From the NCBI GenBank assembly GCA_947089915.1, contig CAMUMB010000001.1, positions 1,581 to 65,580 on the forward strand: a DNA stretch of 64,000 nucleotides, read 5' to 3'. Source of the stretch: an uncultured Bacillales bacterium. Lineage in GTDB: Bacteria > Bacillota_I > Bacilli_A > RF39 > UBA660. Below, piece by piece: positions 9,540 through 19,443 of this stretch (its first letter is position 1; each line of letters opens with the position of its first letter). The notes below the pieces were generated by a model. That model had not been told where the DNA came from. It saw only the letters and a list, made by a program, of their open reading frames with translations, and made no database searches. The position numbers and the translations under genes are program-made.

Positions 9540-10283
9540 TTATGGTAGTAAAGTAAAATATTGTCCTGAATCTAAATTTAGAATTCCTTTTTTATTTCCA
9601 TATTTGCTGATAAATTCCGCATAAATACTAACATAATTATTGATATTCTCTAATTTTTCTAATGTCAAATAGACATAATTGCCATCTCGCATAATAAATA
9701 AGAAACGTTCTTCATCCACATTACTTGGTTGATATATGATTTCTGAAACACGTTCTAAAATAGTAGAATCAATCTCTTGCATTTTTTTCTGAAATGAGTC
9801 ATAAATGGTATCTGGTACATAGTTAAGCAAAACAGGTGCATTCCATTTTTCTTCTATCACTTTTAGATTTGAAAGAATGGTTTTACCAATTGTTTGATTA
9901 TAAAAAAGAGGATAATTTTCGATAATTTTGATATGGATTTCTTTTCCTTTTTTCTTTTCAATGCGAGCAGAAGCAATTCTAGGGTCATTTTTGAGTTTTC
10001 TTACCATATCACTTTTCATTGTCTTTATGATAGATGGATAATTTTGAATTCCTGCTAATTCAATCACTTCTTGATCGGTTAAATAGACATTGCCCTCTAT
10101 ATAAATGTTACGAATGGGAATATCTAAGCATTTAGATAGAATAAAAGCAAAACAAGCAAAGCAAACAAGAACGATGAAAACCCGGCCATAACGTACTTTT
10201 CGACGTTTGATTTTTTTTACCTTTTTTTTAGGTAAAGTTTTTTTCTGATACACTCGTTTTGTTACGCGCTTTTTTTGCTTCAT
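9540..10283 (-). CDS. ftsQ: Cell division protein FtsQ/DivIB (K-rich N-terminus, single TM, POTRA domain)
   Basis: 247 aa, bitopic topology. Sits between murB and the ftsA-ftsZ unit as in the dcw cluster. Confidence 0.8.
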   Translation of the reverse strand: MKQKKRVTKRVYQKKTLPKKKVKKIKRRKVRYGRVFIVLVCFACFAFILSKCLDIPIRNIYIEGNVYLTDQEVIELAGIQNYPSIIKTMKSDMVRKLKNDPRIASARIEKKKGKEIHIKIIENYPLFYNQTIGKTILSNLKVIEEKWNAPVLLNYVPDTIYDSFQKKMQEIDSTILERVSEIIYQPSNVDEERFLFIMRDGNYVYLTLEKLENINNYVSIYAEFISKYGNKKGILNLDSGQYFTLLP

Positions 10284-10295
10284 ATCTATCCCTCA

Positions 10296-11177
10296 TTATT
10301 CTACGATTTCTTGTTCCAATATTAAATCAATTTGATATTTTTCTTTGACTTTTTTTTGAATGGTACGAATGATTGCAACAATATCTTTTCCACTTGCAGT
10401 TCCATCTGTTACAATGAAGTTGGCATGTTTTTCAGATACTTTTGCGCCCCCTACTTGATAGCCTTTGAGGCCTACTTCTTCAATCAATTTCCCTGCTGGA
10501 ATATCATCTGGATTTCTGAAAACACTTCCTGCACTTGGAAATTCTAACGGTTGGGACATTAGTCTTCTTTTTTTACGATCTTCTATAATTTCAATGATTT
10601 CTTCTTTATTGCCTTTTTTTAGAACTAAACTCGCTTCTAAGCAAATATAATCTGGGTGTTGTTTCAAAAAAGAGGTACGATAATGAAAATCTAAATCACG
10701 GTTATACATTCTTTTAATTTTTAATTCTGGTGTAATGACTAAAATACTTTCTACCACATAGCCCATATCACTTCCATAGGCACCTGCATTGTTGAAAATA
10801 GCACCTCCAATCGTTCCTGGGATTCCTGTTGCAAATTCAAGTCCTGTATATCCCATACGAGAAAGCTTAAGCGCCAGTTTCAATGTAGGATAGCCTGCAC
10901 CTACTTGTACTTTTGTATCCTCTATTTTTAAAGTATCAAAGGCATTTAATCGAATTAAAATACCCTCATAATCTTTTTGAAAAATTAAATTAGAACCACC
11001 ACCTATAATTTTATAGGAAAGTTTATTTTCTTTAATATATTCGAGTAAATGAATTAATTCTTTTTGCGTTTCAGGTTCTACTAAAACAGTTACTTTTTCT
11101 TTCAGTTTATAGGTCGTGTAATCCTTTAAGGAAATGGATTCCATTACCTTTCCACATTTTTTCAATTCTTTTATCAC
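10296..11177 (-). CDS. murB: UDP-N-acetylenolpyruvoylglucosamine reductase MurB
   Basis: FAD-binding GGGSNLIF motif, C-terminal MurB domain. GTG start overlapping the murG stop (translational coupling). Confidence 0.88.
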   Translation of the reverse strand: MIKELKKCGKVMESISLKDYTTYKLKEKVTVLVEPETQKELIHLLEYIKENKLSYKIIGGGSNLIFQKDYEGILIRLNAFDTLKIEDTKVQVGAGYPTLKLALKLSRMGYTGLEFATGIPGTIGGAIFNNAGAYGSDMGYVVESILVITPELKIKRMYNRDLDFHYRTSFLKQHPDYICLEASLVLKKGNKEEIIEIIEDRKKRRLMSQPLEFPSAGSVFRNPDDIPAGKLIEEVGLKGYQVGGAKVSEKHANFIVTDGTASGKDIVAIIRTIQKKVKEKYQIDLILEQEIVE

Positions 11178-11178
11178 A

Positions 11179-12255
11179 TTACTTCACCATTTCTTTTAAG
11201 GTCTCATAAATGATTGTTGCACTATTTGGAATATCTAATGTTTCCAAATTTTTTTGCATCATTTTTAATCGTTCGGAATCTTTTATCATTGTATCTACGG
11301 TTCTTACCAAAATATCCCCTTTTAAATCCTTTTCTTCCAATAAAACAGCTGCATCTTGTTTGATAAAATCCATCGCATTTTTGTATTGATGATTGTCAGG
11401 CACATAAGGACTTGGTATTAAAATAGATGGAATTTTAAGTGCAATAATTTCACTCAATGTCGTAGCACCACATCTTGTAATCATAATATCTGCATGATGC
11501 ATCATTTCAATTTGATTTTCGATATAAGGTACCACAAAGACATTTCTTGGAAATTTATTTTTGGAAACCGTTTCATAAGAATCTTTTCCAGTTACAAATA
11601 GAATTTCATATTCTTTATTTTGAAATAGGTTCATTGTTTTCACTAAAATTTCATTCATTTTACTAGAACCGAGTGACCCCATTACAATATAAACCAGTTT
11701 TTTGTCTTTGGATAAGCCATACTTCGTTTTATCTGCTTTTTTGGATGCTCTTGCAGCTTCACTACATGGATTTCCTGTAAATATGGTTTTATATTCTGGA
11801 AAATGTTTCATGGTAGTTTTAAAGGATACCCCTATTTTATCTGTATATTTACTTAAAAATAAATTGGCCTTTCCTGGAACACTATTTTGCTCATGAATAA
11901 ATGTTGGATAGCCTAATTTCTTAGCAGCATAAATGACAGGTCCTGTTACATATCCACCAACACCAATTACTACATCTGGTTTAAATTCTTTCATCATATG
12001 TTTGACTTCTTTGATGCCTTTCATAAAACATTTGATTGTTTTAAAATTTTTCAGTAAATGTTTTCTTTGAAATCCATATATTTCAATCGTCTCAAATGGA
12101 ATTCCTCTTTCAGGAACAATATCTTTTTCCATACGATTGTGTGTTCCAATGTATAAAAATTCACTATTAGGTTCTTTTTCCTTAATTTTATCTATTATGG
12201 CTAATGCAGGATATATATGTCCTCCTGTTCCACCAGCACTTATGATTACTCTCAC
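11179..12255 (-). CDS. murG: Undecaprenyldiphospho-muramoylpentapeptide beta-N-acetylglucosaminyltransferase MurG
   Basis: N-terminal GGTGGHIYPALA motif (GT28). 358 aa. Confidence 0.9.
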   Translation of the reverse strand: MRVIISAGGTGGHIYPALAIIDKIKEKEPNSEFLYIGTHNRMEKDIVPERGIPFETIEIYGFQRKHLLKNFKTIKCFMKGIKEVKHMMKEFKPDVVIGVGGYVTGPVIYAAKKLGYPTFIHEQNSVPGKANLFLSKYTDKIGVSFKTTMKHFPEYKTIFTGNPCSEAARASKKADKTKYGLSKDKKLVYIVMGSLGSSKMNEILVKTMNLFQNKEYEILFVTGKDSYETVSKNKFPRNVFVVPYIENQIEMMHHADIMITRCGATTLSEIIALKIPSILIPSPYVPDNHQYKNAMDFIKQDAAVLLEEKDLKGDILVRTVDTMIKDSERLKMMQKNLETLDIPNSATIIYETLKEMVK

Positions 12256-12353
12256 ATAACCACCATCCTAATCTCATTATATCATAATTCTATGTGATTT
12301 GAGAATATTTTAGAATAATACCCATAAGAAAAGTATCATAATAAAATGATACC

Positions 12354-13235
12354 TTATGACATGATTTTTTTACCTTTTTGATATGGCGGTTTTACATCAC
12401 CATCAAATAGCAATAAAGCAAACTCCTTTTTTAAATCTATTTCTTCCAATAACATAGTCAATACTTCATTCTGAAATGGTAATAATTGGTTAACTACATT
12501 TCTAAAATATTGAGTTGCATTACGACCTGTTTGATGTTTCTCAATCACTTCTTCAATTGTACCACTGACTACAGCACTCTCATCTTTTGTAATTGTATTT
12601 TTTTCCCAGTGTAACTCGTGAATAGATATAGTGTTTTCTGCTTGATTAGAATCATGAGAAAAGCTAGTATTATAAGTAGTTCTATCTTTCGCATTTTCCA
12701 TCTTTTTATTTTTATCACAGGTAGAAATACAGTATTCATATGCTTTTTTCCTATTTGATGATTCTATATAAATGGTTTCTTCTATGTGATTCTTATCTGT
12801 TTTTCTATCAAAATTAATTGACATCATATTTTCTTTCATAGTCAAATTTATATATCCATATTCTTTACTCCAGATAGTTAAACTCTTTCCAAGGCAGATA
12901 CAAACTTGATCCATATTTGGATTTTGTAACATAAATTCATATGTATCATGATTCGTGCCATCCTGTCTTCTAACATTTTGATATCGAATCTTATCACTTT
13001 TAATTTGAGTACAATAGCCAAATACTGCTGGTAAATTCTTTTTTGCATTTTTATGATGGAGTTTTTTCTTTTGAATAAAGCCAATCTCTTTTCCCTTTTC
13101 ATCTACCACCAGATAACGACTGTAATCATCTGGACCAATTACACGATATCCAAATAAATTTAAAAATCTTACTTCACTTTTAATTTCACAACCAAATTCT
13201 TCTTGTTCCATAAATGGATTCCTCCCTCGCTCCAA
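12354..13235 (-). CDS. Hypothetical cytoplasmic protein (293 aa), Cys- and Lys-rich
   Basis: Complete ORF. No recognisable domain. Weak hairpin plus T-run between its stop and murG. Confidence 0.45.
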   Translation of the reverse strand: MERGRNPFMEQEEFGCEIKSEVRFLNLFGYRVIGPDDYSRYLVVDEKGKEIGFIQKKKLHHKNAKKNLPAVFGYCTQIKSDKIRYQNVRRQDGTNHDTYEFMLQNPNMDQVCICLGKSLTIWSKEYGYINLTMKENMMSINFDRKTDKNHIEETIYIESSNRKKAYEYCISTCDKNKKMENAKDRTTYNTSFSHDSNQAENTISIHELHWEKNTITKDESAVVSGTIEEVIEKHQTGRNATQYFRNVVNQLLPFQNEVLTMLLEEIDLKKEFALLLFDGDVKPPYQKGKKIMS

Positions 13236-13279
13236 TATTATAGCATATCCCTTTTTATTTGCATAGAAAAATCAGTACG

Positions 13280-14596
13280 CTATGATACTGATTCATCTGA
13301 TATAGATAATTCTATATTCTTTTTCTTCTTTTCTTTTTTCTTTTTATGTCTCGCTTCTATTGCGGAATCTTTTCTCTTTCCCTTTCTACAGATTACGATA
13401 ATTAAAATGAGTAATAGGAAAAGACAAACACCACCTAAGCATAGACCAATCAATTGATATAAGTTTTTTTCTTCTTCCATCAATTTTATTTCTTCATCAT
13501 AATAAATCTGTAATGTATTTTCTTCACTATTATATAAATAAAGATTTGCCTTTCCTGTTTCAACATTCATTCCATAGATAAGGGCATAGTTGGAAGATTC
13601 CTTTAATTTGTAAGCCGTCACTTCTTTATCATTAATTACAACAATAGATGCATGATAGCGTGCAGGTATTTCCTTTAATTTCATTGGATATAATACGATT
13701 CTTTGAAATGAAAATTCTTGGTATTCCTTGTAACTATTTGCCTCACTATCATAGATATAATAACCAATTGTACCAGTTTTATCTTTAAGACCAACTAATG
13801 TATAATTGGTAATTTCACTATAGTAGGCAGGGACTTCTTCCTCACCTATCATGACAATTGTTTCTACATAATTAGAAGGTGTGATTAATTCTGTCCGTTT
13901 ACGAACTACACTATAAGAACTACCATTGACATTTGCTTCAATGGGATTATATTCTTTGACATTTACATTGAGTACATAAGTTCTAGAATTTCCATTTTGA
14001 GCAGTCACTCTAATTTCAAATCGATTCGCACCCTCAATAACTTCTTTTTCCCCTAGTCCTTCTACACCTGCTGTCCCATCTTCTAGTGAACCTACAATAT
14101 TAATTTTGGTTGTTCCTGGTTCCATTTCTACTGCATATTCTAATTGTTCTTTATTGAATTCAGGAGAAATTCCTACACCTTCAATTCCTAAAGAAGATAA
14201 ATAATTATTAGAAGATAATACCACTACTGGTCTGTTTTTGACAGTAACTGTTACTGACTTTGATGCTGTGTAAGCCGAATTGGTTGAATAATCAGCGACA
14301 TCTTTTGGTATGACAGTAATTGTAGCACTTCCTGCGGCATTTGACTTAAATTTATATGTCACAGTTGCATCATCTATAAAATCGGAAGCAACCCCTCCTG
14401 ATAAAACTGCGCCATTAGAAGATGTAATTGAGAAATTACCAGCTAATCCTGATGCTTTCACCGTAACAACTATATCAGTTCCTACATAAGGAGACGTATT
14501 GCTTACATATACTTCTAAAGAACCAGCATTTACACTTTCACTATATAGGAAAAAAGCACCTAAAATAATAAATATACTACTAATTATTTTTTTCAT
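13280..14596 (-). CDS. Type I membrane / cell-surface protein with Ig-like and cadherin-like beta-sandwich domains, C-terminal TM helix and poly-Lys cytoplasmic tail
   Basis: Signal peptide MKKIISSIFIILGAFFLYSESVNA. Cadherin-like motif LSSLGIEGVGISPEF...RFEIRVTAQNGNSRTYVLNVNV. TM LYQLIGLCLGGVCLFLLLILIIV followed by RKGKRKD..KKKKEKKKK. Confidence 0.65.
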   Translation of the reverse strand: MKKIISSIFIILGAFFLYSESVNAGSLEVYVSNTSPYVGTDIVVTVKASGLAGNFSITSSNGAVLSGGVASDFIDDATVTYKFKSNAAGSATITVIPKDVADYSTNSAYTASKSVTVTVKNRPVVVLSSNNYLSSLGIEGVGISPEFNKEQLEYAVEMEPGTTKINIVGSLEDGTAGVEGLGEKEVIEGANRFEIRVTAQNGNSRTYVLNVNVKEYNPIEANVNGSSYSVVRKRTELITPSNYVETIVMIGEEEVPAYYSEITNYTLVGLKDKTGTIGYYIYDSEANSYKEYQEFSFQRIVLYPMKLKEIPARYHASIVVINDKEVTAYKLKESSNYALIYGMNVETGKANLYLYNSEENTLQIYYDEEIKLMEEEKNLYQLIGLCLGGVCLFLLLILIIVICRKGKRKDSAIEARHKKKKEKKKKNIELSISDESVS

Positions 14597-16503
14597 TCAA
14601 TCACACTATTCCCATTCATAATATAATTTTTAATATTAACATAATCTACTGCTGAAATTGTTCCATCTTGATTTACATCAGCAGCTAATTTATATGCCCC
14701 TGTTAAAGTAGAAGAAGCCATAATACAATTTTTTACTTGTACATAATCTACGGCAGATACTTTTCCATCACCATTGACATCACCGTAAATAACAATACGG
14801 AATGCTTTACTTTCTTGTCCATTTGAAACGGTTACAACATCTCCAGTTCCAAGGGCAGTTCCGTCTTTCAATTCAATGGTTTGATTGTTTACACTCCTTG
14901 TAACTGTCACAGATATATCTTGATTATTTCCTTTGATATTGGCAATTAGGGCTTGGGCAGATGTTCCTAATTTAATTTTGGAAATATAATCATTATTATA
15001 ACTATATGGCGAAGACTCTATAATATTCGTAATAGAAGAAACACGATTTTCTTCCTCTTCTTTGGCTTCTTCATCAATCTTATCTTTTGTTTCTTCATCT
15101 TCTATTGCTGGTAATAAAGAAGGTGTGTCTGGCATATTTTGATATACTGGAATTAAAAATTCAATTGCACTATCTAAAAGTCCATCTATTTTTGAATATG
15201 CCTCATAAGTAGATTTACCTTCTGACATTGGGGCTTGAATATTTGTCATATATTGATGAGAATAATTACCAGCATAATTACTTGTAACATTCCATTTTTT
15301 AAAATATAATGTATTTTGCTTTTTATTAATATAGGATTCTGCGATATAAGAAGCTCCATTTTTTATAGATAATTCAATTGTGGTCCAAGGCCGATTAAAT
15401 GAGGTAGTTTCTGATTCTGTTGCAATATATCCAGAAGCAAAATTAATTGCACAGGCAACTGGGTTAGCACAACTAGAGTTTGCTCCTAAATTGTATACGT
15501 TATAATAAGCTACATCATTAATTTTATTTGTCCCATTGGCAGAACCACTCAATTTTCCATCTGATAAAACAACTTCTTGTTTTGAGCTTGCTGCCAAATG
15601 CACTGGATTAATACTATTGCCATTATAAGTTGCAGCTTCTATATAGGTTTCTGCATATGGATATAAATCGGTATTTTTTAGCACATTTTGCACTACTTCT
15701 AATGTTTGATAGTTACTATTGTAACTTAAATTTTCAAACATAAAGATTTCTTTTTCTGCTAGAAAATTTCTAGGATCTAAATAGTAAGCTACCGTTTGTG
15801 CATTGGCAGCATACCAATTATTGGGTTCTTTAACAATATATTTTTGATTGATAGGATCATAAGATCCTTCTTCTAATGAAATATACTTTGTACCCTTTTC
15901 TAAATCGGTTATCTGAATATAACTCATTCCAACAATACTTTCGTTTTGAACAGATTCGTTCCAATCTAGATTGGTTTGGAAGGCTGTAAAAATCCAATTA
16001 GGATGTGCATCCTTGAGTAATGTTAATCTTTCAAAGTAACTTTCAGGAAAGCCTGCCTTTGTAAATTCTTCGGCATACTTACTTGTATCAACATCCGTTT
16101 TAACAGCATCAGCACAAACATACCCAGTTACTGCCCCAGATTTTGTTGTAATAAAAGTGACTTCCAAAAAGTGACTTTTACAGCTATCAATTGTAGATTC
16201 AACAGGATTATTATAGTTTTTTATTTTTACTTCATCACCTAAATCTAAACAATGTAAAGCTCCTGGTGCTGCATAATTACTATCATATTTTCCATTAACT
16301 TGATATAAGCAACCTTTCCCAGTCATGTCTATATTAGGTTCCTTTGTAATAACTAAATTTCCTTGTGTAATATAAGCAGGAATATTGGTTTTTTCTTCTT
16401 CCACTTCACTTGCAAGTATACTACATGGAAGTAAAAGAAAAATGAAAGACAAAATTAAGATATAATTTTTATTATTTTTCATTTTATCCCTTCTTTCTGC
16501 CAT
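14593..16503 (-). CDS. Secreted protein with C-terminal type I dockerin domain (two Ca-binding repeats)
   Basis: Signal peptide. C-terminal GDVNGDGKVSAVDYVQVKNCIM ... ADVNQDGTISAVDYVNIKNYIM matches the dockerin DxNxDGxxxxxD duplicated repeat. ATGA overlap with downstream gene. Confidence 0.7.
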   Translation of the reverse strand: MAERRDKMKNNKNYILILSFIFLLLPCSILASEVEEEKTNIPAYITQGNLVITKEPNIDMTGKGCLYQVNGKYDSNYAAPGALHCLDLGDEVKIKNYNNPVESTIDSCKSHFLEVTFITTKSGAVTGYVCADAVKTDVDTSKYAEEFTKAGFPESYFERLTLLKDAHPNWIFTAFQTNLDWNESVQNESIVGMSYIQITDLEKGTKYISLEEGSYDPINQKYIVKEPNNWYAANAQTVAYYLDPRNFLAEKEIFMFENLSYNSNYQTLEVVQNVLKNTDLYPYAETYIEAATYNGNSINPVHLAASSKQEVVLSDGKLSGSANGTNKINDVAYYNVYNLGANSSCANPVACAINFASGYIATESETTSFNRPWTTIELSIKNGASYIAESYINKKQNTLYFKKWNVTSNYAGNYSHQYMTNIQAPMSEGKSTYEAYSKIDGLLDSAIEFLIPVYQNMPDTPSLLPAIEDEETKDKIDEEAKEEEENRVSSITNIIESSPYSYNNDYISKIKLGTSAQALIANIKGNNQDISVTVTRSVNNQTIELKDGTALGTGDVVTVSNGQESKAFRIVIYGDVNGDGKVSAVDYVQVKNCIMASSTLTGAYKLAADVNQDGTISAVDYVNIKNYIMNGNSVIE

Positions 16504-16591
16504 AATTCGACTTTATTCCACATATATTATAGCAAAATTAAGGACATATGTACAGTATTTAGCAATAAAAAAAGAGTGGTTTACAAAAAAA

Positions 16592-16638
16592 GGAAAACCA
16601 TAGCACTATAGTTTTCCAAATGTATCCAATTTGGATAC
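16592..16638. promoter_or_regulatory. Two adjacent inverted repeats in divergent intergenic region (GGAAAAC-N12-GTTTTCC and the 17-bp palindrome GTATCCAATTTGGATAC). Candidate operator
   Basis: Perfect dyad symmetry, read directly from the sequence between the dockerin operon start and the pgsA-like gene. Confidence 0.35.
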
Positions 16639-16727
16639 ACTACAGTTTACGTTTCAAAGACTTTTTTTATGCAAAGAATTGATTATAATGAATGAATTTG
16701 TTAAAATAGACTTACTGGAGGACTCAT

Positions 16728-17426
16728 ATGAAAAAACTTAAAATAAATCAAAAAACAGGTAATTTAAAACAAATCATGAAAGAATATAAAAAATGGCTAC
16801 CCAATATGTTAACAGGAATGCGTATCGTTCTAACACCTATTATTATCGCTTTAGGCATCATGAAACAAATTGAGCTTGTCATTGTATTTGCAACACTAGC
16901 TGCGCTTACCGATTGTTTGGATGGCTTGTTAGCACGTAAATGGAATTCAGTAAGTGAAATAGGAGCCAAATTAGATGCGGTTGCGGATAAGATTTTTGCG
17001 ATTGGACTATGTCTTTGTCTCACTTCCCTATTTCCTATTTTATGGGCGGTTGTCGCTTTAGAAACAATTCTAGCAATTTGTAATTTAGTATTTCACTATA
17101 AAAGTAAAAAAACAGAGTCACTATGGATTGGTAAAATCAAAACTACAGTTTTATTTATTACAATTTTATTCGTTATATGTTATCACTTTTTACCTAGTTT
17201 AACAGGAATGGTACAAGGGCTTATTTATGTATGTATGAATTTACAAGTATTATGTATCATTGAGTACTCTTTCAATTTTTATGATAATATGCATCCTATT
17301 ACAGTGGAAGATAATAAAATGCATCAAGAAATTATGCAGGATGCAATGGAAGAAAAAACAATTGAAATCGAACATTTAGATGAACTCATTATGCAATACG
17401 ATGTTCAAGAAAAAGATACGCAGTAG
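16728..17426 (+). CDS. CDP-alcohol phosphatidyltransferase family protein (PgsA-like) with about 50-aa C-terminal extension
   Basis: Motif DGLLARKWNSVSEIGAKLDAVADK = DG-x2-AR-x8-G-x3-D-x3-D. Multiple TM helices. Confidence 0.75.
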   Translation: MKKLKINQKTGNLKQIMKEYKKWLPNMLTGMRIVLTPIIIALGIMKQIELVIVFATLAALTDCLDGLLARKWNSVSEIGAKLDAVADKIFAIGLCLCLTSLFPILWAVVALETILAICNLVFHYKSKKTESLWIGKIKTTVLFITILFVICYHFLPSLTGMVQGLIYVCMNLQVLCIIEYSFNFYDNMHPITVEDNKMHQEIMQDAMEEKTIEIEHLDELIMQYDVQEKDTQ

Positions 17427-17554
17427 TATTTTTTTTTATGTACTTTTCTACGCATATGTATTAACGGTTGGAATTGTTCTTGCATATTTTATTATGGAAA
17501 AGGAGGAATCCGCGTGACTGGGACTACTGGACCAACCGGATCATCGGAGAATTT

Positions 17555-18643
17555 ATGAAAGAGAAAAATTTAAAAATATGTGTATATACCATTTGTAAAA
17601 ATGAAGAACAATTTGTGAATCGTTGGGTAGATTCTATGCAAGAAGCAGATGCAATCTATGTACTGGATACAGGATCTACGGATCATACAGTAGAAATATT
17701 GAAGCAAAGAAATGTAAATGTAGAGACAAAGGTGATCACACCATGGAGATTTGATGTTGCAAGAAATCTTTCTTTGGATATGGTTCCAAGCGATACAGAT
17801 ATTTGTGTCTGTACAGATTTAGATGAAGTGTTTGAACCTGGTTGGCGTAAAAAATTAGAAGAAGCATGGGATGAAAATACAAAACATGCGAGATATAACT
17901 ATAATTGGAGCTTTGATGATAAAGGAGATCCTGCCGTTAATTTTTACATTGAAAAAATACATAGTCGAAATGAATATCGTTGGACACACCCTGTACATGA
18001 AGTATTACGTTATTTTGGTACAACAAAAGAAAATTTCATCACGATAGATAGTATTACACTCAATCATTATCCAGATCATTCCAAATCAAGATCCAGTTAT
18101 TTGCCTTTATTAGAATTATCGGTAGCAGAAGATCCAGAAGATGATCGTAATATGCATTATCTTGGAAGAGAATACATGTACTATGGAAAATGGAATGAAT
18201 GCATTGATACACTAATTCGTCATTTACATTTAAAAAGTGCTACATGGAAAGATGAGAGATGTGCCTCTATGCGTTTTATCGCAAGATCTTATCAATCATT
18301 AGAACGTTTTGATGAAGCAAAAATGTGGTTAGAAAAAGCGATAGAAGAAGCCCCCTATTTAAGAGATCCTTATGTAGAAAGGGCAATACTTGCCTATCAT
18401 TTAAAAGAATTTGATGATGTAATTACATATGGAAAACAGGCATTACAAATTCAAACACATGCTAAAACTTATATCAATGAACCATTTAGTTGGGATTCTA
18501 CTGTATATGATATTTTATCCATTGCATACTATTATCAAGGTGACTTAAAAAATGCAATTAAATATGTCAATTTTGCTTTAGATATGAATCCACAAGATGA
18601 AAGATTACTACAAAATAAACAGTTAATGGAAAAAGAGGATTAG
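17555..18643 (+). CDS. Family 2 glycosyltransferase with C-terminal TPR repeats
   Basis: N-terminal GT-A fold motifs (ICVYTICKNEE..., YVLDTGSTDHT). TPR-like helices in the C-terminal half. ATG at 17555 has GGAG RBS, while the ORF-track start at 17468 lacks one. Confidence 0.65.
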   Translation: MKEKNLKICVYTICKNEEQFVNRWVDSMQEADAIYVLDTGSTDHTVEILKQRNVNVETKVITPWRFDVARNLSLDMVPSDTDICVCTDLDEVFEPGWRKKLEEAWDENTKHARYNYNWSFDDKGDPAVNFYIEKIHSRNEYRWTHPVHEVLRYFGTTKENFITIDSITLNHYPDHSKSRSSYLPLLELSVAEDPEDDRNMHYLGREYMYYGKWNECIDTLIRHLHLKSATWKDERCASMRFIARSYQSLERFDEAKMWLEKAIEEAPYLRDPYVERAILAYHLKEFDDVITYGKQALQIQTHAKTYINEPFSWDSTVYDILSIAYYYQGDLKNAIKYVNFALDMNPQDERLLQNKQLMEKED

Positions 18644-18711
18644 ATTCCCCTTTTTTAATGATTAAAAGGGGCTGAGTAGAAATGAATAAATTCTATTCAG
18701 CCCCTCCTTTT

Positions 18712-19443
18712 TTATTGTAATTGAAATCGATAATGCCCTATAATTCCTTTTTTCTTACTCCATCTTTGTAATGTATCTTCTTCTAATTTAGGTTGTCCTG
18801 CATTATGTATCAAATAAGGAATCCCTTTGGAATTTCTCTTATCTGAAACAATGCCAATATGTTCACTTTTTCCAAATACAACAATATCTCCAGGTTGCCA
18901 CTCTTCTATTTTGGACAAATCATTTGTAAGTATAATAGTATTTCTTTGAAAATAAATATTTAAGTTCGTAACTCTTCTAAAATCAATATTAGGATCTATC
19001 TTTGTAATATTAGGATAAGCTTCCCTATTCTTTTCAATATCTTCTGAAACAAGATCTTTTAACGAATACCCAGCTTCTTTTAAGGCTCTCCAGATGACAT
19101 CTGTACAGACCCCCTCTGTTTCAGGCGGGTATCCACCACTATAATACTTACTCACATACTTTGGTTTAAGTTTTACCTCTTTTTTTGCACCATTTAAAAT
19201 ATCCATATAATCATCAATTCCATTTTGATTGTAATCAATTTCAGAATGAATGATATCGATATGAAAATCGGAGGCAATATAACTTTTTTTGGGAAGAAAT
19301 CTATAATAGTCTAGAACAAAAAGACCAATTAATATCAAAATAAATAAACCTACAAATAACAAGTAGAAAGAACGTTTCATATGATCACCTATTCCATTAT
19401 AACATGAAAAAAGCAAATCACATATGATCTGATTTGCTATCAA
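18712..19443 (-). CDS. Secreted/anchored protein, DUF1287-like (putative cell-wall-associated hydrolase fold)
   Basis: N-terminal TM/signal anchor. Conserved C/H residues (GVCTDVIW...HIGIV). Overlaps upstream gene by 4 nt. Confidence 0.45.
   Translation of the reverse strand: MIANQIICDLLFSCYNGIGDHMKRSFYLLFVGLFILILIGLFVLDYYRFLPKKSYIASDFHIDIIHSEIDYNQNGIDDYMDILNGAKKEVKLKPKYVSKYYSGGYPPETEGVCTDVIWRALKEAGYSLKDLVSEDIEKNREAYPNITKIDPNIDFRRVTNLNIYFQRNTIILTNDLSKIEEWQPGDIVVFGKSEHIGIVSDKRNSKGIPYLIHNAGQPKLEEDTLQRWSKKKGIIGHYRFQLQ

Noticed and set aside
13203-13457. 84-aa plus-strand ORF spanning the junction of two minus-strand genes
   Set aside because: Poly-Phe low-complexity product, overlaps two well-supported genes, no RBS.
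17468-17554. N-terminal extension of the GT2-TPR gene (ORF-track start at 17468)
   Set aside because: No SD before 17468, whereas ATG 17555 has a GGAG RBS and begins the conserved GT-A fold.
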